This document shows, one piece after another, positions 1-8,975 of a stretch of 55,446 nucleotides of DNA. Location: the IMG/VR virus record IMGVR_UViG_3300030430_001863, positions 1 through 55,446 of that record; one strand, given 5' to 3'. This stretch comes from a virus. Its lineage: Duplodnaviria; Caudoviricetes. Under the pieces are notes generated by a model. The model did not search any database, had not been told where the DNA came from, and was given only the letters and a program-made list of their open reading frames with translations. Made by a program: the position numbers and the translations under genes. Within the stretch, counting starts at the first letter, position 1. Each line of letters starts with the position of its first letter.

Positions 1-98
1 CTCCAGCTTCTTCTTCCAATCATCTGGATACTTTTTACGCAAGAAGATGCCTGTGTGAAACATGGCATTGTTACGCATGCCCTGCGGTATGCCCATCA
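1..98. repeat. Terminal direct repeat, left copy (circular assembly overlap)
   Basis: Identical to 55348-55445; primase frame is continuous across the junction. Confidence 0.95.
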
Positions 99-765
99 GC
101 ACTAGGTTCTTGATACATGGAATCAGACCATCAAACTCATCGTTCTTGGTTTCAAACTTCAGGTTGTTTAAGTCATCAAGCGTTGTGCGCTTCTTGTCTA
201 TCAGCTTCAAGAAGTCTTCTAATTCTAATTCTTCGCCCTTGTCATCAAAGGCATAGCGCACAGTGTTCTCGCTATCAAAGTATGGCAGGTTAATAAAGTT
301 ACCAACATCGCCACGATCTGCGAGGATCTGATCTTGTTTTGGAAAGACTTCGCAGCCAGAGAACCCAAGCACTGCGGAGAACTCGGTCAGACAATCGCGC
401 ATGTCTACAGCCCTAATCCACTCTTTTGTGAACAGGTACAAGTGTGCGCCACCAGATTTGGAACGGCAAACTACAAACGGTATTTTGAGTTTCTTGCACT
501 TCTTAGATATTTCGGCATGGTCAATCGGATACTTGTCTACGTCTAACACGCCAAACTTACACATGTTTTTGTCGTTGATAGGAATTGAACCAACACCTTT
601 TGTACCTTGTAAATGTTGTGCAATTAACTCCTTTGTAAGCGGTTGTTTAACGATAATACTCTTGGCTTCTGTCTTACCGTTACGGCGTTGCTGCCCGATT
701 GTAGTTTGACCGTGGGCGGCATTTGATCCCTCAAACGCCGCCGCGAAACGGTCAACAATGTTCAT
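1..765 (-). CDS. AEP-type DNA primase(-polymerase), N-terminal part; continues at 55347..54580 (~510 aa total)
   Basis: Manual translation from ATG 765: MNIVDRFAAAFEGSNAAHG...FGVLDVDKY...RSKSGGAHLYLF...EVFPKQ...GNFINLPYF (AEP DxD and SxxGxH motifs); absent from the ORF track because it runs off the edge. Confidence 0.85.
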   Translation of the reverse strand, partial: MNIVDRFAAAFEGSNAAHGQTTIGQQRRNGKTEAKSIIVKQPLTKELIAQHLQGTKGVGSIPINDKNMCKFGVLDVDKYPIDHAEISKKCKKLKIPFVVCRSKSGGAHLYLFTKEWIRAVDMRDCLTEFSAVLGFSGCEVFPKQDQILADRGDVGNFINLPYFDSENTVRYAFDDKGEELELEDFLKLIDKKRTTLDDLNNLKFETKNDEFDGLIPCIKNLVLMGIPQGMRNNAMFHTGIFLRKKYPDDWKKKLE

Positions 766-767
766 GT

Positions 768-1541
768 TTAGAACGGAATGTTATCGTCTTCAGCAGGTGT
801 TTCTTCTGCCACAGGCTTGGCATCACCCTTCACAATAGACTGACGGAAGTTTTTTGCTTCCTCAAACAGACTCTTGTCTTGCACAAAGCCCACTTTTTCA
901 ACAGACCAGTTATACCAAGTGCCCATAGTATTGGACTCTTCAGTAGTAGACAGCTTCCACATCATCGCGAACAAAGCGGGTGTCCGCATGTTGCCCTCGC
1001 CATCCTTTATCTTCTGCATGGCAATCTGGGTCTTCCAACGGCGGCTGACCTTCAGTTGCGTAGACTTCATGTCGATAATCGCTGGTTGATGCATGCCGTC
1101 TTCGCCAACAATCATACAATAATGCTGGTCAGACTTAACAAGTTCGTTACCATTGGGAAGAATTTCCTTGGCACCGTTACGCTCTGTCTTACCTAACTCT
1201 GGGTCATTGGAGGCTCTTTCGCCAACAAAACCTCCACCTTGGTCGAGTGGAATGAACTCCAGATATTTCGTTTCTTGAAAGCATGGTACGACAGTCAGGC
1301 CGTCTTCCCCAGACCAGTATTGTCCAGTCACGGTGTTGAAAGCATCGCCCTGTCCCGCACCTTCAATAAACGCAGGGTCAGACTTTTTAATCTGTGGCGA
1401 CAACGCTTGGATGACGCGCACAAAAGGTATCTGTAAATCAGACGTATCATAGTCTACTCCCTCACCAGCGGTAGAAATAATATCGTCCATGATTGCGGCT
1501 GGTAGGCCAGCCTCTTCTTTTTTAGCTACTGAGTTTGCCAT
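768..1541 (-). CDS. Phage single-stranded DNA-binding protein
   Basis: Acidic C-terminus EDDNIPF; DLQIPF..IQALSPQ N-terminal motif; replication context. Confidence 0.7.
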   Translation of the reverse strand: MANSVAKKEEAGLPAAIMDDIISTAGEGVDYDTSDLQIPFVRVIQALSPQIKKSDPAFIEGAGQGDAFNTVTGQYWSGEDGLTVVPCFQETKYLEFIPLDQGGGFVGERASNDPELGKTERNGAKEILPNGNELVKSDQHYCMIVGEDGMHQPAIIDMKSTQLKVSRRWKTQIAMQKIKDGEGNMRTPALFAMMWKLSTTEESNTMGTWYNWSVEKVGFVQDKSLFEEAKNFRQSIVKGDAKPVAEETPAEDDNIPF

Positions 1542-2113
1542 TATTTTTTCCTCTTCACATCGGCAGTTCTTGCAACGTAGGCTCCAAACATATCCAGATC
1601 TATAGGCAGACCTTTCTCAACACGTTCTTTAACAAACGCTTTTAAGGTCATCGAATGGATATGAGTTTTCTTTTCGGGGTGATACCCCTTTTGTTCAAGG
1701 TCGTACATGACATCGCCTGCCAAGTTATCTTCACCTCGTCCAAATGATACGGTGACATCATTCTTTATAATGTCATCCAGACCGTGTTCACGGAGCCACG
1801 CATAGGCTTCCTGCCTGCGGTCAGCAGGGATAGATGCAGAAACAAACGGCTTCAGTTGCACGGTTGCACCGTCAACATCTAACCTCTCGATGCCCATCTG
1901 ATCCATCAGCATGGGTATCTGTTCTGTAGCCATCCTCTGTTTTTCTGCCTTCAGACCTTTCAGGTATTCTTCGGACGCAGCAATCTGTTCCGTTTTCTCC
2001 TGTAAGTCCCTCACTAGGTCAGAGAGTGATTTGGTTGCATTAGCGTCCACACCGTCCAGTGCGGTTGCATCTGCAAACATGTCTTCATCGAATATTTGAT
2101 CTATCTGCTTCAT
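1541..2113 (-). CDS. Conserved phage replication-region protein
   Basis: 190 aa, coiled-coil N-terminus, AYAWLREHG..IIKN and TLKAFVKE motifs; coupled to SSB. Confidence 0.65.
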   Translation of the reverse strand: MKQIDQIFDEDMFADATALDGVDANATKSLSDLVRDLQEKTEQIAASEEYLKGLKAEKQRMATEQIPMLMDQMGIERLDVDGATVQLKPFVSASIPADRRQEAYAWLREHGLDDIIKNDVTVSFGRGEDNLAGDVMYDLEQKGYHPEKKTHIHSMTLKAFVKERVEKGLPIDLDMFGAYVARTADVKRKK

Positions 2114-2144
2114 AGCAAGTATATCCTCTTCAGGTTTAAGGTTA

Positions 2145-2253
2145 CAGGCAGTGGGGGGTCGAACCCCCTCTTTCCCAGGGCGGGAAGAACACCCCCACAG
2201 ACGCGGCCTTCGCTACTGACGCAGTAGAACCTGGTTGTTCCGCACCTTGCCTG
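2145..2253 (-). ncRNA. Candidate tRNA-like structured leader RNA
   Basis: CAGGCA...TGCCTG closing stem, GGGGG-TTCGACC-CCCC T-arm-like hairpin, further internal hairpins. Confidence 0.45.
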
Positions 2254-2307
2254 AGAGGTTGACGTTTGTTTCTCCAACCTCTACATTGAACATAAAGGAG
2301 GACATGC

Positions 2308-3765
2308 ATGAAAGTCAACTACAAATTTAAAACGACACCATATGCACATCAAACAGAAGCTCTGAACAAGAGTATTCATAAGAAGTTCTTTGGCTTTTTT
2401 ATGGAGATGGGCACAGGTAAATCAAAGGTGTTGATTGATAGTATTGCTGTCCTTGCGCATACCAATCAGATAGATTTTGCTTTAATCGTTGCACCAAAAG
2501 GCGTTTATCGGAACTGGATAAACAAAGAGATACCTGACCATTTTTCTGAAGAAGTCCCCCATCAAGTTAGCTACTGGCAAGCCAAAGACACAAAGTCTTA
2601 TCGCAAAGAGCTAAAACAATTCTTCACGAATACCGAACCTGGTGTCAAGGTGTTTGTCATGAATGTCGAGGCGTTCAGTTCGGGCAAAGGCAAAAAGATG
2701 GGAGAGTGGATTGCAGATAGATGTGGCGCAAACGGCCTGATTGCCATTGATGAGTCCACCACCATCAAGAACCCAAAGGCCAACCGCACAAAAGTTCTGA
2801 TCAAAATGTCCAAGAAGTTTAAGTTTCGCAGGCTGCTGACAGGTTCACCTGTAACCAAGTCACCTATGGACTTGTATACTCAATGTGAGTTTCTTGAACC
2901 ACGAGTCTTGGGTTATGACAGCTACTATGCTTTTCGGGGTCGTTACGCGATACTTAGCAAGCAGAAGATGGGTATTAAAGAGTTTCAGACCATTGTCGGG
3001 TTTCGTAACCTGACTGAGCTGTCAACAAAGATTGAACCGTTTACCTATCGGGTTCTGAAAAAAGATTGTCTGGACCTGCCAGAAAAGAACTACACGATAC
3101 GCTATGTAGACATGACCTTGGAACAAGTTCGCATGTACAAGGACATACAGAAAGAAGCGATGGTGCTACTGGACAATGGCGACATCGTGACTGCCATGCA
3201 AGTTATGACACAGCTTCTTCGGCTTCAGCAAATACTTTCGGGACACCTCAAGACAGATGACGGTAACATGGTCGAGGTAGACACCAATCGGGTCAATGCC
3301 TTGCTTGAGTGTATTGAAGAAGTATCAGGTAAAATAATTATCTGGTCTAGGTTTCGGTACGATATTAAGAAAATTTTTATTGCCCTGCAGCGTCAATTCG
3401 GGATCAATTCTGTGGTATCATACTATGGAGACACAAGTGATGAAGATCGTGAAAAGGCAATACATCAGTTCCAGCATGGTGACGCTCGGTTCTTTGTTGC
3501 TAATCCTGCAACGGCTGGTTACGGCCTCACGCTTACTGAAGCCAATACCGTGATATATTATGCAAATGACTTTAACCTTGAAACACGGATCCAGTCAGAA
3601 GACAGGTGTCACAGGATAGGTCAAAGAAACACTGTTACATATATTGACCTGATTACAGAGAGGAGCATTGACGAAAAGATTGTGAAATCGCTGCGTGACA
3701 AAATTGATATTGGAGCAAAAGTGCTCGGAGAGGAGGCAAGAGAATGGCTACAAATTCAAAAGTAA
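2308..3765 (+). CDS. SNF2-family (SF2) helicase
   Basis: MEMGTGKS Walker A, DEST, LTGSP, QSEDRCHRIGQ motif VI; AAGGAGG RBS. Confidence 0.92.
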   Translation: MKVNYKFKTTPYAHQTEALNKSIHKKFFGFFMEMGTGKSKVLIDSIAVLAHTNQIDFALIVAPKGVYRNWINKEIPDHFSEEVPHQVSYWQAKDTKSYRKELKQFFTNTEPGVKVFVMNVEAFSSGKGKKMGEWIADRCGANGLIAIDESTTIKNPKANRTKVLIKMSKKFKFRRLLTGSPVTKSPMDLYTQCEFLEPRVLGYDSYYAFRGRYAILSKQKMGIKEFQTIVGFRNLTELSTKIEPFTYRVLKKDCLDLPEKNYTIRYVDMTLEQVRMYKDIQKEAMVLLDNGDIVTAMQVMTQLLRLQQILSGHLKTDDGNMVEVDTNRVNALLECIEEVSGKIIIWSRFRYDIKKIFIALQRQFGINSVVSYYGDTSDEDREKAIHQFQHGDARFFVANPATAGYGLTLTEANTVIYYANDFNLETRIQSEDRCHRIGQRNTVTYIDLITERSIDEKIVKSLRDKIDIGAKVLGEEAREWLQIQK

Positions 3766-3968
3766 GTGGATGTATTGATATCTTGATTGAATACAAAAAG
3801 GGTGGATATACATTAGACCAAGCAGTGGACAGGTTTAAAAAACTTTCGGGCATGCGAGAGGATATTGCAAGAGAATACATCCGAAGCATGTCTCGTGACA
3901 ATGTTATCTCCCTTAACACAAAACGAGAAGCCTTGGAGAAGAATAATGAGCCAGATATCGCAGGGTGA
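3744..3968 (+). CDS. Hypothetical protein
   Basis: GAGGAGG RBS; overlaps both neighbours. Confidence 0.6.
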   Translation: MATNSKVSGCIDILIEYKKGGYTLDQAVDRFKKLSGMREDIAREYIRSMSRDNVISLNTKREALEKNNEPDIAG

Positions 3969-4152
3969 TGGCACGATGGCGCAAGCTATAAGAGATGGCT
4001 TGTGTCCTCGATGTCAAACGCAGATGCGGCCTATTGAAGTGCATGGGCATACGCAATGTGCTGTCTGTCACTTGGTCATAGACGAGTGTTGTCAGGGAGA
4101 AACCGCATCCTGCAACTTTGATACAACAGATAAGGCTGGGTCGTTATCGTGA
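3946..4152 (+). CDS. Small zinc-finger protein
   Basis: CPRC..HGHTQCAVC..ECCQGE; GGAG RBS before ATG 3946. Confidence 0.65.
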   Translation: MSQISQGDGTMAQAIRDGLCPRCQTQMRPIEVHGHTQCAVCHLVIDECCQGETASCNFDTTDKAGSLS

Positions 4153-4601
4153 AACTAGAGATTGTCCCTGTAACTACACGCGAGGCAAATGAGTTTGTTG
4201 CTAACTTTCATAGACACAACAACCCAACCAATGGCGGAAAGTTTTCAATCGGGGCAAGCTATGGGGATGAACTTGTCGGGGTTGCCATAGTCGGGCGACC
4301 CTTGGCAAGGATGTTAGATGACGGGTTGACTGTTGAGGTCACTAGGGTTTGCGTTGTGGATCACGCACCCAAAAACACTTGCAGTTTTTTGTACGGGCGG
4401 TGTTGGCGTATCTGGCAGCAGATGGGTGGCAAGCGCATGATTACATATACCTTGCAGGAAGAGTCGGGGTCTTCACTTCGGGGAGCTGGTTGGAAGATAG
4501 TTGGTGAAGTAAAACCCACAAAACGGGGTTGGGACAGGAGCAATCGCAAACGAGACTGGCAACCAATTTACGGACAGTTAAAGTTTAGGTGGGAAGCGTG
4601 A
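4149..4601 (+). CDS. XF1762-family (Mom-like GNAT) putative DNA-modification protein
   Basis: HRH, VGVAIVGRP.AR.LDDG.T.EVTR, CSFLYG, ITYTL..ESG.SLR.AGW. Confidence 0.75.
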   Translation: MKLEIVPVTTREANEFVANFHRHNNPTNGGKFSIGASYGDELVGVAIVGRPLARMLDDGLTVEVTRVCVVDHAPKNTCSFLYGRCWRIWQQMGGKRMITYTLQEESGSSLRGAGWKIVGEVKPTKRGWDRSNRKRDWQPIYGQLKFRWEA

Positions 4602-4603
4602 TC

Positions 4604-4852
4604 ATGAAACCGTGGAACGCAAAACGCGGTGACTTTGTCAAAGACCGCATTAAAAACAAAAACCCCATCGTTCGGTTTTTGTTTGAAGAGATGCATCGGC
4701 AGCAAATTCATGAATGTGACATGAGTGAACGAGTTGGCTTCCATCGTGACACAATGCGAAAATGGCGGACACAACACCAGCCGCGAGTCAGTGATTTAGA
4801 AGATTGTTTGAATTTTTTGGGATATAGCCTTACAGTGGTAAGGAAGAAATAG
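4604..4852 (+). CDS. XRE-like HTH protein
   Basis: MSERVGFHRDTMRKWR...PRVSDLEDCLNFLGY. Confidence 0.7.
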   Translation: MKPWNAKRGDFVKDRIKNKNPIVRFLFEEMHRQQIHECDMSERVGFHRDTMRKWRTQHQPRVSDLEDCLNFLGYSLTVVRKK

Positions 4853-4899
4853 GGCAGGGATATTGGGATCGGCTTGTTAAAACTTTCCCTGCCCTTTTT
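4851..4899. terminator. Long-loop hairpin terminator between convergent operons
   Basis: AGGGCAGGGA...TCCCTGCCCT followed by a T-tract. Confidence 0.6.
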
Positions 4900-4919
4900 G
4901 TTTACGAGTTTATCCTGTG

Positions 4920-5057
4920 TTAAGATTTTTTCTTCGGTGGCCTGCCACGCTTTTTCTTCTTAATCGGGGCTGCCTTCTTCACAGGTTCTGATTTAGGTTT
5001 TGTCTTTTCTTCCTGAACCAAGCAAGGGAAGAACAATTTTAAGAATTTAGTCCACAT
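4920..5057 (-). CDS. 45-aa basic AT-hook peptide
   Basis: Manual translation MWTKFLKLFFPCLVQEEKTKPKSEPVKKAAPIKKKKRGRPPKKKS; AGGAGG RBS. Confidence 0.7.
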   Translation of the reverse strand: MWTKFLKLFFPCLVQEEKTKPKSEPVKKAAPIKKKKRGRPPKKKS

Positions 5058-5235
5058 TTGCGGCCTCCTGGCTATATTGATTACGAATTAAAAACGCTAA
5101 CTGTCTCGCTATTGTGCGCTCTTCTTTGTCTGCTACTGTCCGCAGCAGGTCATACGCATCAACAGGGATAGCCACATTTCTAAACTCCGCCTTTTGTTGT
5201 ACGGGAGGGCGACCCCGTTTTACTTGTACTGACAT
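5047..5235 (-). CDS. Ribbon-helix-helix regulator with N-terminal AT-hook
   Basis: KRGRPP; RNVAIPVDAYDLLRTVADKEERTIARQL. Confidence 0.7.
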   Translation of the reverse strand: MSVQVKRGRPPVQQKAEFRNVAIPVDAYDLLRTVADKEERTIARQLAFLIRNQYSQEAANVD

Positions 5236-5431
5236 CCTTGTGCCTCCTTACTTCTACTTCGATATAATACCCATGATGACCATCACCCCTTCTGGGCACA
5301 CTGGCTTGTTTATCCAGTTCGTCAATCACGGACTCCAACTTGGTGGGCTTACAGACCACCTCCTTCACAATTGCTTTTTTATTTGAGTACAGCGTAATTG
5401 TGAAATCTAATATTTTATTTCCGTTCTTCAT
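5180..5431 (-). CDS. Hypothetical protein
   Basis: ORF in a compact operon. Confidence 0.5.
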   Translation of the reverse strand: MKNGNKILDFTITLYSNKKAIVKEVVCKPTKLESVIDELDKQASVPRRGDGHHGYYIEVEVRRHKDVSTSKTGSPSRTTKGGV

Positions 5432-5624
5432 GCTTATAACTTGTTATAATACAGTCATCAAGAACAATTTTTTTGTTTCTTGGCAATTCATACATCCGCC
5501 ATTGAAACAGTTGAACGTTGCACTCCTGCATGGTTTCAAACGTTTTCGGATAAAATTCTGTTACGCACTTGCTATCGCCACTAACAAACACAGTGCAAAC
5601 AAGTGCCATCGCTTTTACAATCAT
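5415..5624 (-). CDS. Hypothetical Cys-containing, possibly exported protein
   Basis: MIVKAMALVC; ATGA overlap with the upstream gene. Confidence 0.6.
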   Translation of the reverse strand: MIVKAMALVCTVFVSGDSKCVTEFYPKTFETMQECNVQLFQWRMYELPRNKKIVLDDCIITSYKHEERK

Positions 5625-5773
5625 GGGGTCTTCCGCCTTTGCATCGAGAGTTTTGCTGTCGGGTTGCCCCAATCGGTCTTCCGCCACTTTGCGCCAACGT
5701 CCTTGCGCAACGGTGACAAATACAATTCTTGGCGTTTTTTCTTCAAGTAATCTTCAAATTCTTGGACGGTCAT
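5621..5773 (-). CDS. Hypothetical protein
   Basis: MTVQEFEDYLKKKRQELY; abuts upstream stop. Confidence 0.55.
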   Translation of the reverse strand: MTVQEFEDYLKKKRQELYLSPLRKDVGAKWRKTDWGNPTAKLSMQRRKTP

Positions 5774-5774
5774 T

Positions 5775-6014
5775 TCAATCACTGTCTTCATCTTCATCCT
5801 CCACAAATCCATCACCGCTGCAATTATGACAAACGTCCATGTAGCCTTCCAGATATCCACCGTTCATCCAGTCTACGACAGGTCGCTCGTACTCTAATTC
5901 GCCATCGCCACCACATTCAGGGCAAACTTTCATGCCAGCATCAAGCTGTGCCTTCCAGATTGTTTCGACAAACTGGTCGCGCCATTTTTTAGTTTCCTCT
6001 GGTGAATTTTCCAT
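5775..6014 (-). CDS. Small DnaJ-type zinc-finger protein
   Basis: CPECGGDG...CHNCSGDG; GGAG RBS. Confidence 0.7.
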   Translation of the reverse strand: MENSPEETKKWRDQFVETIWKAQLDAGMKVCPECGGDGELEYERPVVDWMNGGYLEGYMDVCHNCSGDGFVEDEDEDSD

Positions 6015-6165
6015 TTTGAATCTCCAACTGTTCCAGCTCTCTGCACGTTTGAACCTTTGTCCACACTTCGACATAGAACTTACCGTGCTTCTTGATGAAC
6101 TCCTCTCTGGTCATGTCCAGAGCATCGTCCTCCATCTCCATTAGCCATGCTTTAATTTTTCCCAT
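5989..6165 (-). CDS. Hypothetical protein
   Basis: Manual translation MGKIKAWLMEMEDDALDMTREEFIKKHG... Confidence 0.6.
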   Translation of the reverse strand: MGKIKAWLMEMEDDALDMTREEFIKKHGKFYVEVWTKVQTCRELEQLEIQNGKFTRGN

Positions 6166-7393
6166 TTTTCATTCCCTTCAACAAGTGACAGATAACATCA
6201 ATAGTCCAACCATTACCAAGCATACGATATCGTTGGGTGTTTGACACATGATTAGTGTAATTGTCTGGCACGGTCTGAAGACGCTCGCATTCCAGAGGCG
6301 TGAGTTTTCTCCACCGCAACTCGCTTTCGTTGACTACAACGTTGTCTTTTTCAACAGTCGTTAAACAGTTTGACTTGTCGTCTGTGCGAGTCTCAACCTT
6401 CTGCGTAAACTCAATAGACTTGTCATCGTCTCTGCGAATGCCTTTGTCATCCAGCCTACGATTTACAATGCGCCCTGCCATAACTTTTGGTTCAAGATTG
6501 CCGCCAGATGCCGCCGCTAGTGTTGGGGCTTTACCGTCAGGATGATACACCCTGCGATTGTAGTCATGCCCCTTTAAGTCTGCTTGCCCTGCCATAATCA
6601 GACCAGACTTTGTCTCAGGATCATCAAAACCAAATGACATCTGTCGTGTTTCTTTGAAATAGTTGTATGGCACGCCCTTATGCATATTGGCAGTCAGGGT
6701 AAAAGACTTCTCTGTCTCAAGCGTTTGCTCATAGCCGTCCGCTCGTCTTGACCCAGCTTGCCCCCACTTGTCGTTGCCACGCTCCATATATGCAACAGAC
6801 TTCATGCTGTGATAATGCTCTTCGCCAATATCCTCAACGCTCTGAAGAATGTCCTTCAAATATATGCGCTTGTTCTCTGGCAAAGATTTAACAGGAATAT
6901 TTGTCCAGTACAGGCGGTCACGGTTCTGTGCAGATACCAAATTGGAATTGATGCGCACAGGTTTTACGCCCAGCATTTTGGTTATGATGTCCTGAAACTC
7001 CTGTTTCATGGGCACGTTTTCAAGCAGAAAATATCTTGGCTTCAACTCTTCAAGCAAGCGGACATATTCAAAAAACAATTTGCTGCGGGGGTCGTCAAAC
7101 GCTAACTGACCGCCAGCAAACGAAAATCCCTGACAGGGTGAGCCGCCAATCAACAGGTCAATACCAACATATTCTGTGACATTGCCTGTGGTAACTTCCA
7201 GCTTGTTGTCGCCTGTTTGAACTTTGGTCACATCGCCCAGATGCACCGTGTCAGGATAGTTGGCTTTTGCAACTTTAATTGCGTGTTTATCAATCTCAGA
7301 CGCAAAGTAATTATCCACCTTGAAGCCGCACCGCTCAAGAGCGATGCGACCACAAGACATACCATCAAATAAGCTAAGAACGTTCATCACCAA
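6152..7393 (-). CDS. C5 DNA cytosine methyltransferase
   Basis: LSLFDGMSCG, GGSPCQGFS, LLENV, SAQNRDR, ECERLQ, LGNGW. Confidence 0.93.
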   Translation of the reverse strand: MVMNVLSLFDGMSCGRIALERCGFKVDNYFASEIDKHAIKVAKANYPDTVHLGDVTKVQTGDNKLEVTTGNVTEYVGIDLLIGGSPCQGFSFAGGQLAFDDPRSKLFFEYVRLLEELKPRYFLLENVPMKQEFQDIITKMLGVKPVRINSNLVSAQNRDRLYWTNIPVKSLPENKRIYLKDILQSVEDIGEEHYHSMKSVAYMERGNDKWGQAGSRRADGYEQTLETEKSFTLTANMHKGVPYNYFKETRQMSFGFDDPETKSGLIMAGQADLKGHDYNRRVYHPDGKAPTLAAASGGNLEPKVMAGRIVNRRLDDKGIRRDDDKSIEFTQKVETRTDDKSNCLTTVEKDNVVVNESELRWRKLTPLECERLQTVPDNYTNHVSNTQRYRMLGNGWTIDVICHLLKGMKNGKN

Positions 7394-7863
7394 CTCGCCT
7401 GATATTCAACTGAATGCCAATATTCATCGCCACCAGACTCCAACCATTCTGCGGCTTTTTCAAAAACCTTCGCATCCTCGTGGGCACGCTCACACAACTC
7501 GTCCCACCATTCTTCGTCACCAAAAAAGCAACCACGAACAACATCTCCATTAGACGGTAGTGAAGTAGGGGCATTGCCCTTCAGCACTTTAGCAACCCAC
7601 CGCAAATCTTCTGCACTCAATTCAATGGGGCGACAATTATCTTCACCATCAGCAAAAGCATTAACGAATAACTGATGCAAAGGGGCGTGCTTACGCCAAT
7701 AACCAAGGTCTAGTTTCTGGCTACTTCTGCGAAATCCATCAACAGTATCCTCATTAATCGGTATAATACCGCCATCATCATTGCGTAAAAATTCACCGTT
7801 CTCGTCCTTCGCGTACTGAGTACGCTTGAACTTATCTCCAGTTAAATACATATCTAATCCCAT
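7387..7863 (-). CDS. Conserved phage protein (MGLDMYL/YWRK/YQASW family)
   Basis: Recognisable family motifs. Confidence 0.75.
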   Translation of the reverse strand: MGLDMYLTGDKFKRTQYAKDENGEFLRNDDGGIIPINEDTVDGFRRSSQKLDLGYWRKHAPLHQLFVNAFADGEDNCRPIELSAEDLRWVAKVLKGNAPTSLPSNGDVVRGCFFGDEEWWDELCERAHEDAKVFEKAAEWLESGGDEYWHSVEYQASW

Positions 7864-7864
7864 T

Positions 7865-8056
7865 TTACTTCTCCAATTCAGCTTGCATTAAAATTTTCAC
7901 GATTTCTGCCCTAGCGGCAAGTTCCTTCGCAACTTCTGCGTCTTCAACAGTATTCGCATATTTGGCATCGTTCTGGTCTTCAATAAACCTATCCAAAGCC
8001 ACTTCCAAAACATTCCACTGCCTGTCGGTCAGTGAGATTGATTTCACTTTAGTCAT
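7865..8056 (-). CDS. Hypothetical protein
   Basis: GAGGAGG RBS, MTKVKSISLT. Confidence 0.65.
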   Translation of the reverse strand: MTKVKSISLTDRQWNVLEVALDRFIEDQNDAKYANTVEDAEVAKELAARAEIVKILMQAELEK

Positions 8057-8252
8057 TCTGAACCTCCTCAATAAATTGAACTGTTGGACAATCACGAAAC
8101 TGCTCGTCCTTGTCTGAAGGCGATGCATGATCCCATGCATCCTCAATATCAAGTTCGACCATCTCCTGTGCGTGTTCAGGACTTTCCGCCTCAACAAGCA
8201 CCGTCCGATATTCAAAAGTTGGCATACCCAACATCACTTCAAACTTAGGCAT
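8049..8252 (-). CDS. Hypothetical protein
   Basis: AAGGAG RBS, MPKFEV...VEAESPEHA. Confidence 0.65.
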   Translation of the reverse strand: MPKFEVMLGMPTFEYRTVLVEAESPEHAQEMVELDIEDAWDHASPSDKDEQFRDCPTVQFIEEVQND

Positions 8253-8427
8253 TTTGTTTCTCCTTGGCGCGTGACCACGCATCGTCCATCATAGATGCTA
8301 TGTGACTAGCAAGTGTCGGCCATCTAGTGACTAAAATATGTGCGAACTCTTGTTTGCTCTCATCATCTAAACGAGCAAGAGCCACAACGACTTCTTCAGG
8401 TTGGAGTTTCAATTTAGGCATCATCAC
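8245..8427 (-). CDS. Hypothetical protein
   Basis: GGAGG RBS; compact operon. Confidence 0.6.
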   Translation of the reverse strand: MMMPKLKLQPEEVVVALARLDDESKQEFAHILVTRWPTLASHIASMMDDAWSRAKEKQNA

Positions 8428-8611
8428 CTCCCACTACATAATGAAACTTGAAACCCGAACCACCGCACTTGTGGCAATCAACGATGTCACCATAAAAATC
8501 AACATCACAACCATAACCACCACACCAATCACAATACACGCCAAACTCGATGCGTGAACCCTGAACCACGAGCCTTGTATCTTGAACCTCGTGAACATAA
8601 TTTTCTGACAT
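8414..8611 (-). CDS. Small DnaJ-type zinc-finger protein, first gene of the middle operon
   Basis: CDWCGGYG...CHKCGGSG; ATGGAGGAC RBS. Confidence 0.65.
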   Translation of the reverse strand: MSENYVHEVQDTRLVVQGSRIEFGVYCDWCGGYGCDVDFYGDIVDCHKCGGSGFKFHYVVGGDDA

Positions 8612-8641
8612 CTTGTGTCCTCCATGATTTAACTTGCTTTT

Positions 8642-8671
8642 ATTGTACTGTAAGACACTATGCAACGTCAA
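8642..8671 (-). promoter_or_regulatory. Sigma70-type promoter
   Basis: TTGACG-N18-TACAAT. Confidence 0.7.
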
Positions 8672-8690
8672 GCGACAACATGCAAACATT

Positions 8691-8975
8691 TGTCACGTTT
8701 GTCACACTTATAGAAGAAATTCCTGAAAAAAAAAAAAAAAAAAATAATTTTCCAGGAGGTGTGACAAGTGTGACAAGTGTGACAAGGGGGGTTAACTACA
8801 TGAAAAACAACAAAACTGCTTGTCACGTTTGTGTCACGTTTGTCACGGTACTAGGGGTGTTTTTGCATTTTCACATATATATAGCTTGTGGAAATCGCTT
8901 TTAGGTCATGCTAAAAAAAGGGTAGAAGTGTGACAAGTGTGACAAATTTAGAGGACAACCGTGACAAGTGTGACA
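8691..8975. repeat. Iteron-like GTGACA/TGTCAC array (12 copies) with A19 tract
   Basis: Copies at 8691, 8700, 8761, 8770, 8779, 8821, 8832, 8841, 8930, 8939, 8961, 8970; poly-A 8726-8744. Confidence 0.9.

Noticed and set aside
2145-2253. Canonical tRNA or attP
   Set aside because: Too long, no clear anticodon arm or CCA, and no integrase; kept only as tRNA-like
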